64,000 bases of DNA from the NCBI RefSeq assembly GCF_009914755.1, contig NC_060932.1; one strand, given 5' to 3'. The notes beneath the pieces are model-generated. The model had not been told where the DNA came from. It did no database searches and saw only the letters and a program-made list of their open reading frames with translations. This document shows, piece after piece, positions 1 to 16,876 of the stretch. A program made the position numbers and the translations under genes. This DNA comes from the human T2T-CHM13v2.0 reference genome, Homo sapiens. Positions within the stretch are counted from its first letter, which is position 1. Every line of letters starts with the position of its first letter.

Positions 1-2453
1 TCTTTATTTTATCCTCAAACATGCCTGCTTAAAACAAATGGATGGTAAAGCCCATTCGCACTCCACTGAGGAACAAAGAACACTGGGCAGGGTGCCAGTC
101 ACCTTGAAAGGACCAGCTAGGTGTCAAGCCAGATGTGAGAATGCAAAACTGAACAACACAGTCACTATTTTCATGCTGCTAACATTGCAGCTGAGCGATT
201 ATAGACAGTAATCAAACTCTCGCCAAAATCCTCTGAATAAAAGTCTGACCAAGAACTAGAAATGAGAATGACTCTGCTCCATTGCTGACTAGCATTATTA
301 TTTACATGAAGACTTAGGGAGAGAAGTAATCACATACATTATGTTCCTTGAGGAGAGAACAGATTTTTCTTTGCAAGTCTAATTCCTTTTGTTTGTCTTG
401 AAAAACAATGGAAATAAAAAGGCAATAGGCAGAAAGGACAGTGAGGATTTATTTAGCTAAAAATTTTATACTGCTTGCCTATTTCCAAGAGGAGGTTAAA
501 ACACATATTAAAACATGTGAGTTCAGTGACATTCCTCCAATAGCATAAAAATTAATTATAGAGTTAAACATAAGCCAATTCTGTCTTTGAGCTCTATTTA
601 GCAAGGATGAAATATGGTTTAGAAGCTGCCCAACTTCAAGTACTCCTACAGCACACATTTGATGAGTTGACTGTAAGTGAATTAGAAACATACGGATTTC
701 ATTTTCTTTGCAATACATATGAGCTTAAAAATCAAATGGAACAGGGATTGTCAAAACATATTCTGGGAAAAGCCTGGTACAGTGTTTCTCTCAATCAAAC
801 CCAATGAAATTACTTTCATTTTTTCCTCGTGAATTCCAGTAATAACTTGGCACAGCATTGAATTTTACTTTTCCCTATTTTAAAGTTTCGTTTGAGGATT
901 ACCCGTTACTTTAAAATGGACACTTTATGGGTGACCATTGCATTGCTTACTATTTTCTATTGAATACATGAGACTTAAAAAATTCTGTGTTCAGATTTAT
1001 TAATTTAAATGGAAATGAGGTTGACTATGCTTGCTTTCTTTAGGGGTAAGCGGATGGGTGGGAATAAAACATTTTATTTATATAAAATCAACTACCGTGT
1101 TTGAAAGGGGATTCAAGCGTGTGGATCTTGCCGTATTTTTCCTGTGTTTGCTGTAGAGTTTCATATCCAAATGTTGTCCTACATGTTGATTTAATTGACC
1201 ACAATTTTCAACTGCAAACTTTTGGAGAGCAGAGACTGTGTAAGTTTTATCCATCAGTATGGTGTTTAGAAAGCCCATCGTTCTCTACGGATTGGGTAAT
1301 GACCCATGCAATTACATTAAAAGAATTTTCTAAGCATTATAAGCCTACATTTATTTTTGAAAACCTCAAAACCCCAATAATTCATTATTCCTTTATTACA
1401 AAGTTTAATTTTTAAGCGCCAGCCATATGTCAGCTTCTTTCAGAATCCAATAGCGTTTCTTTCACTCTCATAAAATCAAGTTACCACGATTAAGATTTAT
1501 TTTAAGGAAAGTGGTTTAGGTCTTATAGATTTTCCTAGAGACATTATTTATTATTAGCCTGACATTTATTTGCAGGATGGCATCAAACTACTCTTAACTG
1601 TCTATAGCAGAGAATTTGTCACGGGTGGGTCTCTGAATAAGAGAGCATATCCCATTCTGCACCCTTTATCTCAACCATCTGCTGAGATGCAGTGTATACA
1701 GGACATGGAGCAAAAACTGATTAGCCTTCAGGCATTCCAGCTAGTGGATATTTACAGTGTTTTTCACTTAGGTGTTTGCTAAGAGGAGAAACTTGAACTA
1801 AGTTATCAAAAGAATTGCCCAACACACATGACTTGTCAACTGGTTTTTGACACCTGCGTCAACACCAGATAGAAAGCAATGATTGCAATTCACCAGTCAC
1901 ACCCCTCCACACGCCCCTTAGTATCACTAATCACAGGGCTGCCAGATGGGATGAACAGTTCAAATTTACTTTATTTTTTCTTAAATTTTGTTTGAATCTT
2001 TGCCCCCTTTGTATTATATTCTCTTTTAAACTAAGCATAAGGAAGTTTTTTTAATCCCTTAGGAGAAAAAATTAGGCAGCATGTTAGAAATAGATAAAGG
2101 AAAGTTAGAAAATTTGTCTTTTAAAATATTTACTTTATTTTACAAACTAAAAGAAAATTTGCCTTTTAAATAAGTATCCCAAGTATTTTCCCTTCTGTAT
2201 TTTTACAGGCTTGTAACACATTTCATTTCATTGACAGATAGTTTTGACAAATGCCTAAGGATTGTCTTGCTGTCTTTCCAGCTACATTTCCACTAACATC
2301 TCTGAAATCACAAAGTTAAGGACAAGTTGTCCTAAGTACTGAAATAGTGTATTTATCTAGCGGGAAGCATATTTGAGGCAGGTACTAATCTCCTGCCAAC
2401 TGCTTCAGCCTTGACTCACAGGATATCTGCCGTCTTCATTACGAGAGTAGTGA

Positions 2454-2788
<335 letters not shown>

Positions 2789-3870
2789 TTATGTTTCTTA
2801 TGTCTTGCTGTTTTCAGTATTCTTTCCTTGTCTTTGATTTTTGATAATTTGATTATCATATGTCTCGGTGAATTCCTCTTTAGGTTGAATTTAAAGGGAG
2901 ACTTCTGAGTTTCCTATACCTCGATGTTGTCATCTTTCCCCAGATTTGGAAACTTTCAAGCCATTATTCTCTTAAATATGCTTTCTAGGGCTTTCTCTCT
3001 CACTTCTCCTTCAGGAATTCTTATCGTGCATAAGTTAGTTCTCTTGATAGGGTTCCATAATCCCATAGGCCTTCTCCATTTTTTTTCACTCCTCTGACTA
3101 GAAAATTTCAAATGTCTTATCTTCAAGTGCACTGATTCTTTCTTCTTTGATTAAGCCTGCTGTTGAACCTTTTTATTGAAAATTTTAGTTTACTGTATTT
3201 TTTATAGCTAGGATTTCTGGTTTTTTTTGTTTCCACTTTATCAAACATTTTGTCAATAAGTTATTTTCCAAATTTTATTTAATTTTCTATCTTTATTTTC
3301 TTGTAGTTCTCTGAACTTAAGAGGATTGTTGTGAATTCTTTGTCATTTCATAGATCTCCGCTTTTTCAGGGTCTATTATTGGAACTTTATTAGTTTCTTT
3401 TGGTGTTGTCATTTCACTCTGATTTTTCATAGTCTTTATGTCTTGCATTGGTGCCTGTGCATTTGAGGAAATGGCCAACCTTTCCAGCTTTTGCTGGTGT
3501 TCTCTGATGGTGGAAGACCTTCGTTATTTAATCCAGTCAGAGACTGTGATGGGGCCAGTTGGTGGCAACTTCAGACGGTAGACTTTACTATTATGTTCTC
3601 TAGTTTGGCTGGGATGTTAATTATGCTCTGGGGTTCAGTGGAACTGCTCTGTGGTGCAGTGAGACCTGCTCAGCTTAGCTCTGTGCTTTGGTGAGACCAC
3701 AGGCTGACCTCAGCAGCAAGGCAGATCTGCCGACTGGGCTGTGATTGCCTCTGACTGGGCAGTGGTGGAGGTTGTCTTTCCTGGCTGGCCAGAATGCAGT
3801 TTGGCACATGTAGTTGGGCAGGGCCACGTGCTGGTCTCTGAGTTTGGGACCTGTAGTTGGGCAGGGCCAC
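2789..3870 (-). mobile_element. Old L1M fragment (ORF1/5' region)
   Basis: Resembles antisense L1M ORF1 sequence (ttgctgttttcagtattctttccttgtctttgatttttgataatttgattat...). Boundaries are approximate. Confidence 0.6.
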
Positions 3871-3872
3871 GT

Positions 3873-3955
3873 GCTGGTCTCGAACTCCTGGCTTCAAGTG
3901 ATCCATCCACTTCAGCCTCCCAAAGTGCTGGGATTCCAGGCATGACCCACTGCTC
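3873..3955 (-). mobile_element. Alu left-arm fragment
   Basis: gctggtctcgaactcctggcttcaagtgatcc...cccaaagtgctgggatt. Confidence 0.85.
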
Positions 3956-4524
3956 ATGGTCATGCTACTATTTTTGCAGGACGATTGATACTTTGAAACT
4001 TTGCAGTTTGACAAAATTAGATGAAGATGGAACAAGTAATGGTTTGTTGCATGGAAGTATGTATTAGGGACCATGAGAAAAAAAAAAGATGTATTTTTTA
4101 ATATATCTCTCCTGCATAATGTAACTACATAATTTATTATCAAAAGGAAGAACTATTGCTATGTATTCCAAGTCAATATATATAAATCCATAAATCAAGA
4201 TTCAAACCCATATGAATGTTTCTCTTTTCATTAAGATCCTTTTACTTTACATATTTATTGTGGAAATGTACACACACACACATACACACAGACTTATAGA
4301 TTTAGAGAACAACCTAATGAATCCATGTACCCTTCGTCTAGGTTCAGAAATTATCAACCTGTGGCCAATTGTCATTGTTTTGTACACCAAGTCTGACTCT
4401 GCCTCCCCAAATATAAGCGCAAATCCAAGACAGTATATCGAGTCATGTCTTGAGCGAAACATTAATTCATTTTCACCCATACCCTGCTTTTGTCCTCCAC
4501 CATGGCCTGTTCATAGCATCACCC

Positions 4525-4555
4525 TTGTCCCTTTCCTTCTTGTTTTTCTATTTAG
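4525..4555 (+). other. Splice acceptor of the ADAM coding exon (polypyrimidine tract + AG)
   Basis: ctttccttcttgtttttctatttAG ends at 4555, about 150 nt upstream of the ancestral start codon. This matches the known layout of testis ADAMs: a 5'UTR intron followed by one large coding exon. Confidence 0.6.
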
Positions 4556-4687
4556 TTCTGCTGCTCTGATGGGTCGAGTCTGCCAGAAGACAGACTGTGA
4601 AGGTCAGTGTGGCATACAAATGACTCAAAGAGAGGGAGATACCAACAGTTCCTCCTGCCCTGCCCTCCTTTGGTCTCATCCATATAG

Positions 4688-6962
<2,275 letters not shown>

Positions 6963-7078
6963 TGAAATATCCTGTGTATTAATTTTTAGTTCCTGGCAGT
7001 AGAAATGTTATTGCCGGTGTCAGAGACCACTGACAGAAAAACCCAGAGATCTATCATGTTTCAGGATTAACAATCACC

Positions 7079-7084
7079 ATTAAA
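7079..7084 (+). terminator. Putative polyadenylation signal (ATTAAA) of the ADAM pseudogene
   Basis: ATTAAA lies ~120 nt after the final stop and is followed by T/GT-rich sequence (7100-7162). Confidence 0.4.
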
Positions 7085-7899
7085 GAAAGGTAATTCCCAG
7101 TGTATTTCTAGTTTTCATCACTTTAAGCAATTTTCGTGGAACTTTTCTCTTTGTTTTTTTTTCTGAGCAAAGACACGACTTGTGGATGGGGTGGGGGTGT
7201 GTGTGTGTGTGAACTTGCTCGGTCTCAATTCCAAGCCCTCTTCCTGTCCCTACTGTGCTTCGCCCCATGGAAAATGGGAACCCACAAATCGCAATTCTTT
7301 GCCAGTCCTCCCCGTATTCATTTCTGTCAATAGAGGAACGAGAGAGACTGGAAACCTAAGCGAACAGTTTGATTCCTGTTTATGTCAGTGCTGCCACAGT
7401 AACAGCTTTCACCTTGGCAGCAACAGTAGCTTTCAGTCTCTGCATTATTTTTTGTATATATTTAGGAACTCCCAGAACCAACAGTATTGCCAGCCCCAGA
7501 GATACTAGCACAGCTACAAACAGCTTACACTCACAGTTCTGAGTTCCCGGTCTTTGAGCCCTACACCAAATTTCAGAGGTTACAACCCCAAGTTGGCTGG
7601 ACCCACTCCTCCAAGGTTGGAGTCCTAGAACCAGGGGACCTTTTCCAAAGCTTTAGGTTCCAATAACTCCAATCTTTTCCATTTGATCTCCACTCTAGTC
7701 ATGAGAGCTACATCTTGTTAGTAATTCGTGGCTATCTCAGTGGTGTGGTTTCCCATTTTCTGTCTGAAGTCTACGTGATACAGTGCCTACCTTGGTAAAG
7801 CAGAGAACAGAGGAAGGAGTCAGACCTCAGAAAGTTTTGGAATTTTTCTCACTATCCCCTTCAATTTCTTCAAAATCTAAAAAGAGCTTATTAACACTT

Positions 7900-9330
7900 G
7901 CCACTCAACTCCTTTGGAACTTTGATTATAAAATACGATAAAGAAGATGCTTACAATTCTATGTAGGATGTAATAAATTTTAGCAAATCATGTTTCCCCT
8001 AGGTTAAAAAAAATGGGGAAATCCCAATTAAACTTTAAAAATCATATTTTAAAGCCATCAGAGAGCTGTAGCAACAAGGAGGACTAGAGGAACTAAATTT
8101 CAGGCATGGAAAGCAATTGTGAAACGAGTTGAGTATTGCCAGCTGTTTCTTCCTCTGGTTTGCTTGCTGATGTGGGATATGAAGTAAGGATTAGGCTTAG
8201 CCCAGTCCGAGGACCTCTCCCGAGAGAAAAACCCACCAATCTTCTTAATTGCTACACAGGATTAAATTCAAACATTAGACATTTTGGAACCTTCAATTTG
8301 TAACCATTTCCCCCCAACTCACATTTGCTGAATTTGAGGGCGTTGTGGGATGCCGGTGAGCTAGCTTGCATTTTCTCAAAAAGACTAGTTCGCTAAAATC
8401 ATGTTATATTTTGGACACAAGACATAGGTTTGTCTCCAGCATATGTACTGTCTCTTTAAGATGCTTCTCTGATTTTGAACTTTCTTTAGCAAAAGGCTGG
8501 ACAGCTGGGGTGGAAACTTTGAGTGATAGTGATTCGTCCCCAACATCTTTCAAAGCTGAGGAAATACAGTCAGGTAGATTCCTAGTTGAGGATCTAGCAG
8601 ACCCACGTCTGAGCAGTATTAAAAAAAGAGAATTAGTCCAACCGTTAATAAAAAACTCATTTACCGGTGACCTGGTTCAGTCCATGACTGGTTTAGGTAA
8701 TCATCTCCTCATGCTATCTTCCTAACAGAAGAAAGAGGAGAAAATCTCTAGTGAAGACACCTAGAGCTTCTACAGTTTTTTTCTACACAACTTCCTGCAT
8801 ATAATAAAACATTTCTATTTACGCTAACAGTAAAATAATTATTACCTGTTATTAGAGAAAAAGGAAAAAAAAAAGAAGGAGAAATTTTTAATAGCATCAA
8901 GATAATCCAGACAGGGGAGCAAAAGTACATGAAAAAATGACTATGATAAATACATTTTAAAAAAAGAGAAAAATGTACAAAATGTAAGAGAGAATGTAGA
9001 GTTTCCTCAGTGAATTGGAAATTATCAAATGGGTATTTTGGAACTAGAAATTACAATTTATTATAAGAACTCAGTAGATGAATTGAACAGTAGATTGTAC
9101 CAGTCAGATTACAGAATTAAGCGGAAGACAGGCCAATGAAAAAATCCCCACCCCAAAGCACACAGAAAAAAAGCATAGAAATAAGAAAGCAAGAAGTTTA
9201 TGGAATACATGAACAGTTCTAAGACCCCTAATATTGGTGTTCCAGAGAAAGCAAAAAGAGATAATTGAATAGAAATAATATTCAAACAGCTGTTTGTTGG
9301 TAATTGTTTCAAAAAGGAGAAAATATTGCC
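7900..9330 (+). mobile_element. Ancient L1M(E/C) 5'/ORF1 remnant
   Basis: A-rich, ORF1-like degenerate sequence (8930-9330). Boundaries are approximate. Confidence 0.4.
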
Positions 9331-9334
9331 TTCC

Positions 9335-12300
9335 ACTGCTTGATAATGGGCCACATATTTCTCAGAGGCTCTTTTTGAATTTTTCTTTTTCTTGTTTCTT
9401 TCCTTTCTCCAGCTTGTGTCCTCTCTAATAACCTATCTTCTAGTCTGTTTGTTCTTTGTTCTGTCTGTTCAAATCTTCTATTCTCCTCTATGAAACTTTT
9501 TACTTTGGTTATTACAGTTTTAATTTTAGGAATTTCCATTTAGCTCTTTGATACATACAATTTCTGTCTCTTCATTGATATTGAAGGTGGCTTTTTGTAT
9601 AGCATACCTTTGATAAGAAGCTGTGTTTGAACGTCTTGAGTCAGTGAGGAATTTATTCATTAGTTCTAACTTGTGTGTGTATGTGTATTTAATTTTTGAG
9701 TTTTGTACATATATGATCATGTTGTCTGCAAAGAGAGATTATTTTAATTCTTCCTTTACAATTCAGAAGGCTTTTATTTCTTTTTCTCATCTAATTGCAC
9801 TGGCAAGGACTTCCAGTACTATGTTGAATAAAAATGAATAGTGCGAACATCCTTTTCTCATTTCTAATTTTAGAAAACAAGCTGCCATCTTTCATCATTA
9901 AGTGTAATGTTAGTTCCAGTTTTTTCATATATGGCCTTTATTATGTTTAGGTAAATTCCTTCTATATATAATGTGTTGAGAGGTTTTATCATGAAAGGGT
10001 GTTGAATTTTGTCGAAAGCTTTTTCTGTATCCATCAAGATGATCATGTGGTTTTTATCTTTCACTCTGTTAATGTGATACATCACATTGATTGATTTGCA
10101 TACGTTGAACCATCCTTGCATCTTAGCAATGAATCACACTTGGTCAGAGTGTATGATCATTTTTAAGTGGTGATGAATTAGAATTTGTAGTATTTTATTG
10201 AGGATTTTTGCATGTAAGTTCATCAGAGATACTAGCCTGTAGCATTCTTTTCTTGTGGTGGCTTTGTTTGTCTTTGATATAAGGGTAATGCTGGTCTCAT
10301 AAAATGAGTTTGGAAGTGTTCCTTCTTTTTTCACGTTTTGGAAGAGTTTGAGAAGGATTGCTGTTAATATTTTAAATGTTTCATGGAATTTATCAGTGAA
10401 GCCACCTGGTCCTAGGCTTTTCTTTGTTATGAAAACTTTTTGAATACTCATTCAATCTCCTTATTTGTTATCGGTATCTTCCAACTTTCCAATTCTCTTG
10501 ATTCAGTCTTGATATGTTTCATATTTCTTGCAATTTATCCATTTTTTCTAGGTTATCTAAATTGTTGATGTATAGTTCGTAATAGCTCCTTATGATCTTT
10601 TTAATTTCTGAGGTAGCCATTGTAATGTCTTTTCTTTCATTTCTGATTTTTTTGAGTCCAGATAGACTATCCATTATTATAAGTGGAGTATTGAAGTAGT
10701 CTCATATTATCATTTTTCTGTCTATCTATAGATAGATAGACAGATCTATCAATATTTGCTTTATATTTTTAGGTGTTCTGATATTTGCTGTATATACATT
10801 ATTATATCTTCCTGCTGATTTGACCCTTTTATCACCATACAATTTTTTTGACCCTAGTAACAGTTTTTGAAGAAAAGTCTATTTTCTATGATACAAAAGT
10901 ATAACCACTCCTGCTTTATTTTGGTTACCAATGGCGTGGGATATTTTTTTCCATTTTTTCTCTGTCAGTTTATCTGTGCCTACACCTAAAATGAGTCTCA
11001 TAGAAAGTGTATCTCTTGATCTTGTATTTTATCCATTTAGAGACTCTCTACTTTTTGACTGGGCAGTTTAATATATTTACATTTAAATTAATTATTAATA
11101 TATAAGGACTTACTAGTGTCATTTAGTTGTTTTGCAGCTGTTTTGTTTCTCTCCTCTCTTGTTGTCTTCCTTTTGTATTTGACGATTTATGTAATGATTT
11201 TCCTTTTTTCTCATTATCATTTGTTTATATGTCACAGTTTTTTGTGGCTATCATGAGGTTTGCATAAATATCTTGTAATTGTGTTATAACCACCTACATA
11301 AATTTATAACAACTTCAATCACATTTAAAAAACTCTACATTTCTGCTTCACCCACCCAGTCTATGTTATTGCAGTTAGAGTTCACTTCCTTTTATATTGC
11401 ATATCCATGAACAAATCGTATAGTTATAGTTATTCATAATACTTTTGTCTTTTAACTTTTATATTAGAGTTAACATTAGTTTATGCACCATTATTACAGT
11501 GTTATGTTACTACATATTTGTCTATATATTTACCTTTACCTGTGAGATGTATGGTTTCATATGCCTATGTATATGATATTTAGCATGTTTTTATTTCAAT
11601 TTTAATAACTCTCTTCAGCTTTGCTTGTAAGGAAGGTTTAGTGGTGATGAATTCCATCAGTTTTTGTTGTCTGGGAAATATTTTATCTCTCTTTAATTTT
11701 AAAAGGATAGCTTTTCCAGGTATAGTGTTTTTGATTGGCATTTTTTTTTTTCATTCAGTACTTTGAATATATCATCCCACTCTCTCTTGGACTCTCTCCC
11801 ACTTTCTCAGGAGAAATCCACTGATAATCTTATGGAGGTTCCTTTCTATATGAGGAGTTGCTTTTCTCTTGTTGCTTTCAAAATTCAAAAACCCTGTGTG
11901 GGGTCCTTCGGGCTTCTTGAATCTGAATGTCTATTTCTTTCTCCAGATTTGAGAAGTTCTCAGTCACTATTTCTTTCAATAAGCTTTCTGCTCCTTTCTC
12001 TCTCTTCTCCTTTGGGAAGTCCATTATGCGTATTCTGATTTTATTTATCACGTCACGTAAGTCCCATGGGCTTTCTTCCCTCTTTTTTATTTTTTTGTTT
12101 CTTCTCTGAATAATTTCAAATGACCTGCCTTTGAGTTTACTACTTCTTTATTCTGCTTGTTTGCTTTAGAAGCTCCATTGCATTTTTCATTTCAGTCATT
12201 GTATTTTTTAGTTCCAGAAATTCTGTTTGGAACTTTTTTATGACTTTTATCTCTTGTTGAAATTATCATTTTGTTCATGTATTGTTTCCCTAAAATGGCT

Positions 12301-12817
12301 GATTCATCTATTTGTGTTCCATTGCAGCTTGGTGAACTTCAAAACAATTGTTTTGAATTATTTGTCAGGCCATTCGTAGATCTCCATTTCTTTGAGGTTG
12401 GTTACTGAAAATGTATTATGTTCCTTCAGTGGTTTCATATTTCCCTGATTTTTAGTGTTACCTATAGCCTTGTGTTGGTGTCTGCACATTTGAAGAAGCA
12501 AGCATTTCTTTCAGACTTTACAGATAGCTTCAGTAGAGAAAGACCTTAACCAGTGACAGACTTGAGGGCACTGGCTATATAAGTTTCGCGGTGATGGCAG
12601 GTTCAGAGACGCATGGCAATGCTAGTTCAGTGGGTGCAAAAGGTCAATAGTTCTGGGTTTGTACAGTGGTGCCAGCTGTCAAAATTACGGAGAGGTCAAG
12701 AGCCCCAGCGTCAGGGAAGTGCAGCAACATGGGTTTTGAGTGGCTCCAGCAGCTGAAGCTCACATCAGCAAAGACTGCATCCTCAGCAGTGAAGGCTGCA
12801 GGGATCCGGGACCATGG
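9335..12817 (-). mobile_element. L1M fragments (ORF2 RT region and ORF1), antisense
   Basis: Minus-strand ORFs [43 protein letters not shown] and KSLGPGGFTDKF...PNSFYETSITLI are L1 ORF2p-like. ORF1p-like coiled-coil peptide at 9309-9539. Confidence 0.85.
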
Positions 12818-13382
12818 TGAGAGGAGAAGCCAGCTGGACTTCCTGGGTCGAGTGGGGACTTGGAGAACTTTTCTGTCTAGCAAGGGGATTGTAAAATGCA
12901 CCAATCAGCGCTCTGTAGCTAGAAAGAGGTTTGTAACATGCACCAAACAGTGCTCTGTAAAAACGCACTAATCAGTACTCTCTGGCTAGCTAGAGGTTTG
13001 TAAAATGCGCCAATCAGTACTCTGTAAAAACACACAAATCAGTGCTCTGTGGCCAGCTAGAGGTTTGTAAAATAGACCAATCAGCATTCTGTGAAGTGGA
13101 CCGATCAGCACTTTGTAAAATGGACCAATCAGCAAGACATGGGTGGGGACAAATAAGGGAATAAAAGCTGGCCACCCAAGCTAGCAGTGGCAACCGGCTG
13201 GGGCCCCCTTCTGTGCTGTGGGGGTTTAGTTCTTTTGCTTTTCACAGTAAATGTTGCTGCTGCTCACTCCTCGAGCCCGTGCCACCTTTAACAGCTGTAA
13301 CACTCAACCGCAAAGGTCTGTGGCTTCATTCTGGAAGTCAACAAGACTGCGAACTCACTGGAAGGAACCAACTCCGGACACA
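12818..13382 (+). mobile_element. LTR12-family (ERV9) solo LTR, LTR12F-like, nested in an L1 5'UTR
   Basis: Starts TGAGAGGAGAAGCCAGCTGG and ends CCGGACACA. Contains tandem (C)CAATCAG subrepeats, an AATAAAA TATA-like box (~13160) and an AGTAAA polyA signal. Confidence 0.9.
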
Positions 13383-13710
13383 GGGGCATTGGTTAAGCCA
13401 GATGAGGTCCTCAGTGGTTTTCTTGCTCTGCTTTTCTCCCACTGGGGAACTTGCAGCTGATGGGTTCCTCTCAGTGCTGAGCTTTGCTAGTCTGAAGAAT
13501 GGAGTAATGCAAGTAAAATTAGACCCTTCTTTCTACTCCTTTCTTTGCAGTTATCCTCAATTTTTTCTGCTTCACTTGTTGCTGCAGCTTCTTAACTGGA
13601 CTCCAGAGCTCTCACAGACTGATTTTTATCTGTGGATGGTTGTAAAGTTGTTTTTGGGTTGGAGGGTACAAGGGCTGGGACCTCCTAGTCTGCCATCTTG
13701 CTTACGTGCA
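13383..13710 (-). mobile_element. 5' end of the L1M element interrupted by LTR12
   Basis: gccatcttgc (GCAAGATGGC on the minus strand, YY1-type L1 5' motif) near 13692-13701. Confidence 0.55.
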
Positions 13711-13729
13711 GTACTTTGAATCTTCATAT

Positions 13730-15230
13730 GAAATATTCTATTACAGCTAAATTGACAAATTTATTGGCATATGGTTGCTCATAATAGTCCCTTATCATTT
13801 TAACATTTATAATTTGTAGGAAATGACCTCTTGTTCATTTCAAATATTTGCAATTTGTGTATTCAGTTTCTGTCTTCCAAATGCTTTCCCTCTCCATCTT
13901 CTCTACTCTAATAATTATAACTAATGATTTTTTTGTGTGTTTTCAAAGAACCAGTTTGGGTTTTATTTCTTATTTTTTTGCTCTTTTCTAAATTTCCTTT
14001 TATTGGTATCTTCTATTATCTTTATTATACTCCTTTTTATTATTTGAATTTAATTTCTTCATTTTCTGGTTTATTGTTGTAGAGGTATAGAATTTTGGTA
14101 TGAGATCTTTTCTGATATAAGAATTTAATTCTATGAATTTATCTCTGAGCATTTTCTGAACTGTGTCAGATGATTTTTAACAAGTATTTTCATTTTCATA
14201 CTATTCAAAAATACTTTCTAATTTCTTGTGTGACATTTTTCTTCAACCTACAGTTATGATTGTGCTCTTTAATTTTCACATTTGAAAATTTTCTAGAATT
14301 TTATCTTTATTACTAATTTAATTATACTGCTAATGGGGAATGTAATGTGTATGGTTTCAGTATGGCACGTCTTTGAAAATATCTGGGTACCTTGGAAAAG
14401 AATGTGTACTTTGCAATTTGTTGGTAGAGTATTCCATAAAAGTTGTTAAGGTCAGGTTATAGCTTTGTTCAAATTTTTTATGTCTTTATTGATTTTGTTG
14501 TCTATTTGCTGTTTAAGATAATGAGGGCTGAAATATCCAGCTATAACTGTGGACTAACCTACTTTACTTTTCAGCTCCTTGGTTTTATGCTTTGAGTATT
14601 TTGACACTCTTTCTTATGTTCATGGACATATAAGAGTTTTATGCTCTCTTTATAACCTGTCATCGCTTTCATTATGGAATGTGTCTTTTTATGGCTGCTA
14701 AATTTTTTGTTCTCTCTATCCTATCTGATATTACTATAGCCATTCTAGATATTTTGGTCATTTGTGTTTATGTACTATATTATTTTTCATCTTCTTACTT
14801 TCAGCATATATGAATTTTCACATTTAAAGTAGTTTTTTTTTGTAGACAGCACATAGTTGGGACTTAATTTTAATCTAATTTATAATCTCTGCCTTTTATT
14901 TGGATCATTTAAACAACTTTCCGTCTTGTTTAATGTTTTCAATATTTTTCGTCTGTTCTTTTTCTTGTTGCTTTTGTTTTTGAGGCAGAGTCTTGCTCTG
15001 TTGCCCAGGCTGTAGTGCCACCACACCCAGATAATTTTTGGGTTTTTAGCAGAGACGGGGTTTTGCCATGTTGGCCAGGCTGGTCCCAAACTCCTGGCCT
15101 CAGGTGATCCACCCACCTCAGCCTCTCAGAATGCTGGGATTACAGGCATGAGCCACGACGCCCAGCCTTATATTTTTCCTGTTATTTTTCCTGCTTTTTT
15201 AGATGCATTGAGTATGATTATCATCAGAAT
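13730..15230 (-). mobile_element. Ancient L1M ORF2 remnant
   Basis: T-rich degenerate antisense L1 sequence interrupted by an Alu. Confidence 0.55.
14958..15167 (-). mobile_element. Alu with ~100-bp internal deletion
   Basis: ttgcccaggctgtagtg joins directly to ccaccacacccag at ~15017. Confidence 0.9.
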
Positions 15231-15330
15231 AGTATTATTAAGGAAAAATAAGCAGACAAGCAAAATATCCCACTGTATTATGAAACAGAAATGTAGCACT
15301 CATTTTTAAATTGAAGTACATAGTTTGTGA

Positions 15331-15633
<303 letters not shown>

Positions 15634-16876
15634 GGAAATACGTAATATGTGTTTAATTAGTTTTGTCATCTTTATTTCTCCTGCAAATACAGGAGAAGAT
15701 ATATTTCAGTTTGTTAAAGACTATTTTATGAACAGGTATCAAATGAAGAAAACTACTGAGATTAGTGTTGATCCCAGTGTAGGAAAAAAAAAAAAAAAAG
15801 AACTTGCTCCTGAATACTAATTCACCGATTTATTTACAGAGAACAGTTGGTGATTCAAAACTATGCCTCCTAATCTTGGTTCAGTATTGAAGTGGTCACT
15901 CACTGTGTGACTTTTCAGTCTGTGTGAAGGAAAAGCAATCAAGGTAAAACTCTTTTCACTAGAGTACGCTTCCTACAGTGGTGCTTTCTAAGTATTTGTA
16001 GTTCTCCATTAGCTTACTGTATATAACAACAGTAAACTCCTTCTACAATTCCAAACATTTTTTCAAGTAGCTCTCTCAGTGACATTTTAGCTGCTTGAAC
16101 AGACAGAATCTGTCACTCTCCCTCTGAACCTGCTTTTAAAATGTTAGTTTGCTACAACTGTCCCTGCGTTGGAGAGCTGTGGGAAGGACTGCAGTTATCC
16201 AGGTGTTGGTAGGATACATTTATATCATAAGAGACGGTGTTGGACTATAAGTCTGCCAATCTGTTACAATAAATTAAAGCTAATACTTAACCCGACGTTT
16301 GTGTCTGTTTCTCAATCGGCTCAGAATTCTGAGGGAAAAGAAATGAGATTAATTCTTAAGCCCCAGCACATGATGCTTTGGTCAAGAGACTTTAAAATGC
16401 ACTAGTGGAACTCACACTTGTTGATCAAGATAGTATATAAGGATAATGAAACTCTTGGGTTGGCAACAGCATTTGTTGACGGGAAGTGAGCAGCTACTTT
16501 TGTAATGGATACATTGTGAAGTCTCAACTCACTAGAGCACAAGGAATAATGATTCTTCCTACTGTGTTCCTTAATTCACTACATTAATGCCCAAAGAAGG
16601 ACTTTCCTAATTCTCTCTCAATTTAATCCCATAACATTTCAATAACTTTGCTTATTAGATCAGTTTCATTTCATTCCTTATAGCCTCAGTCTGGTTCATC
16701 TTATTGAGGTATTACTGGCGTATGATGTACTGCTTATGTTTAAAGTGTGTGGTTTGATACACTTTGACACATGCAAACATCCATGATATTCTGACCACAT
16801 TGAAGAGAGTGGTGTTCGTTACATTCATTGGGGTGATAGTTTCATAGATTCATCACCCTCAAAAGTTTTTTCTTAG

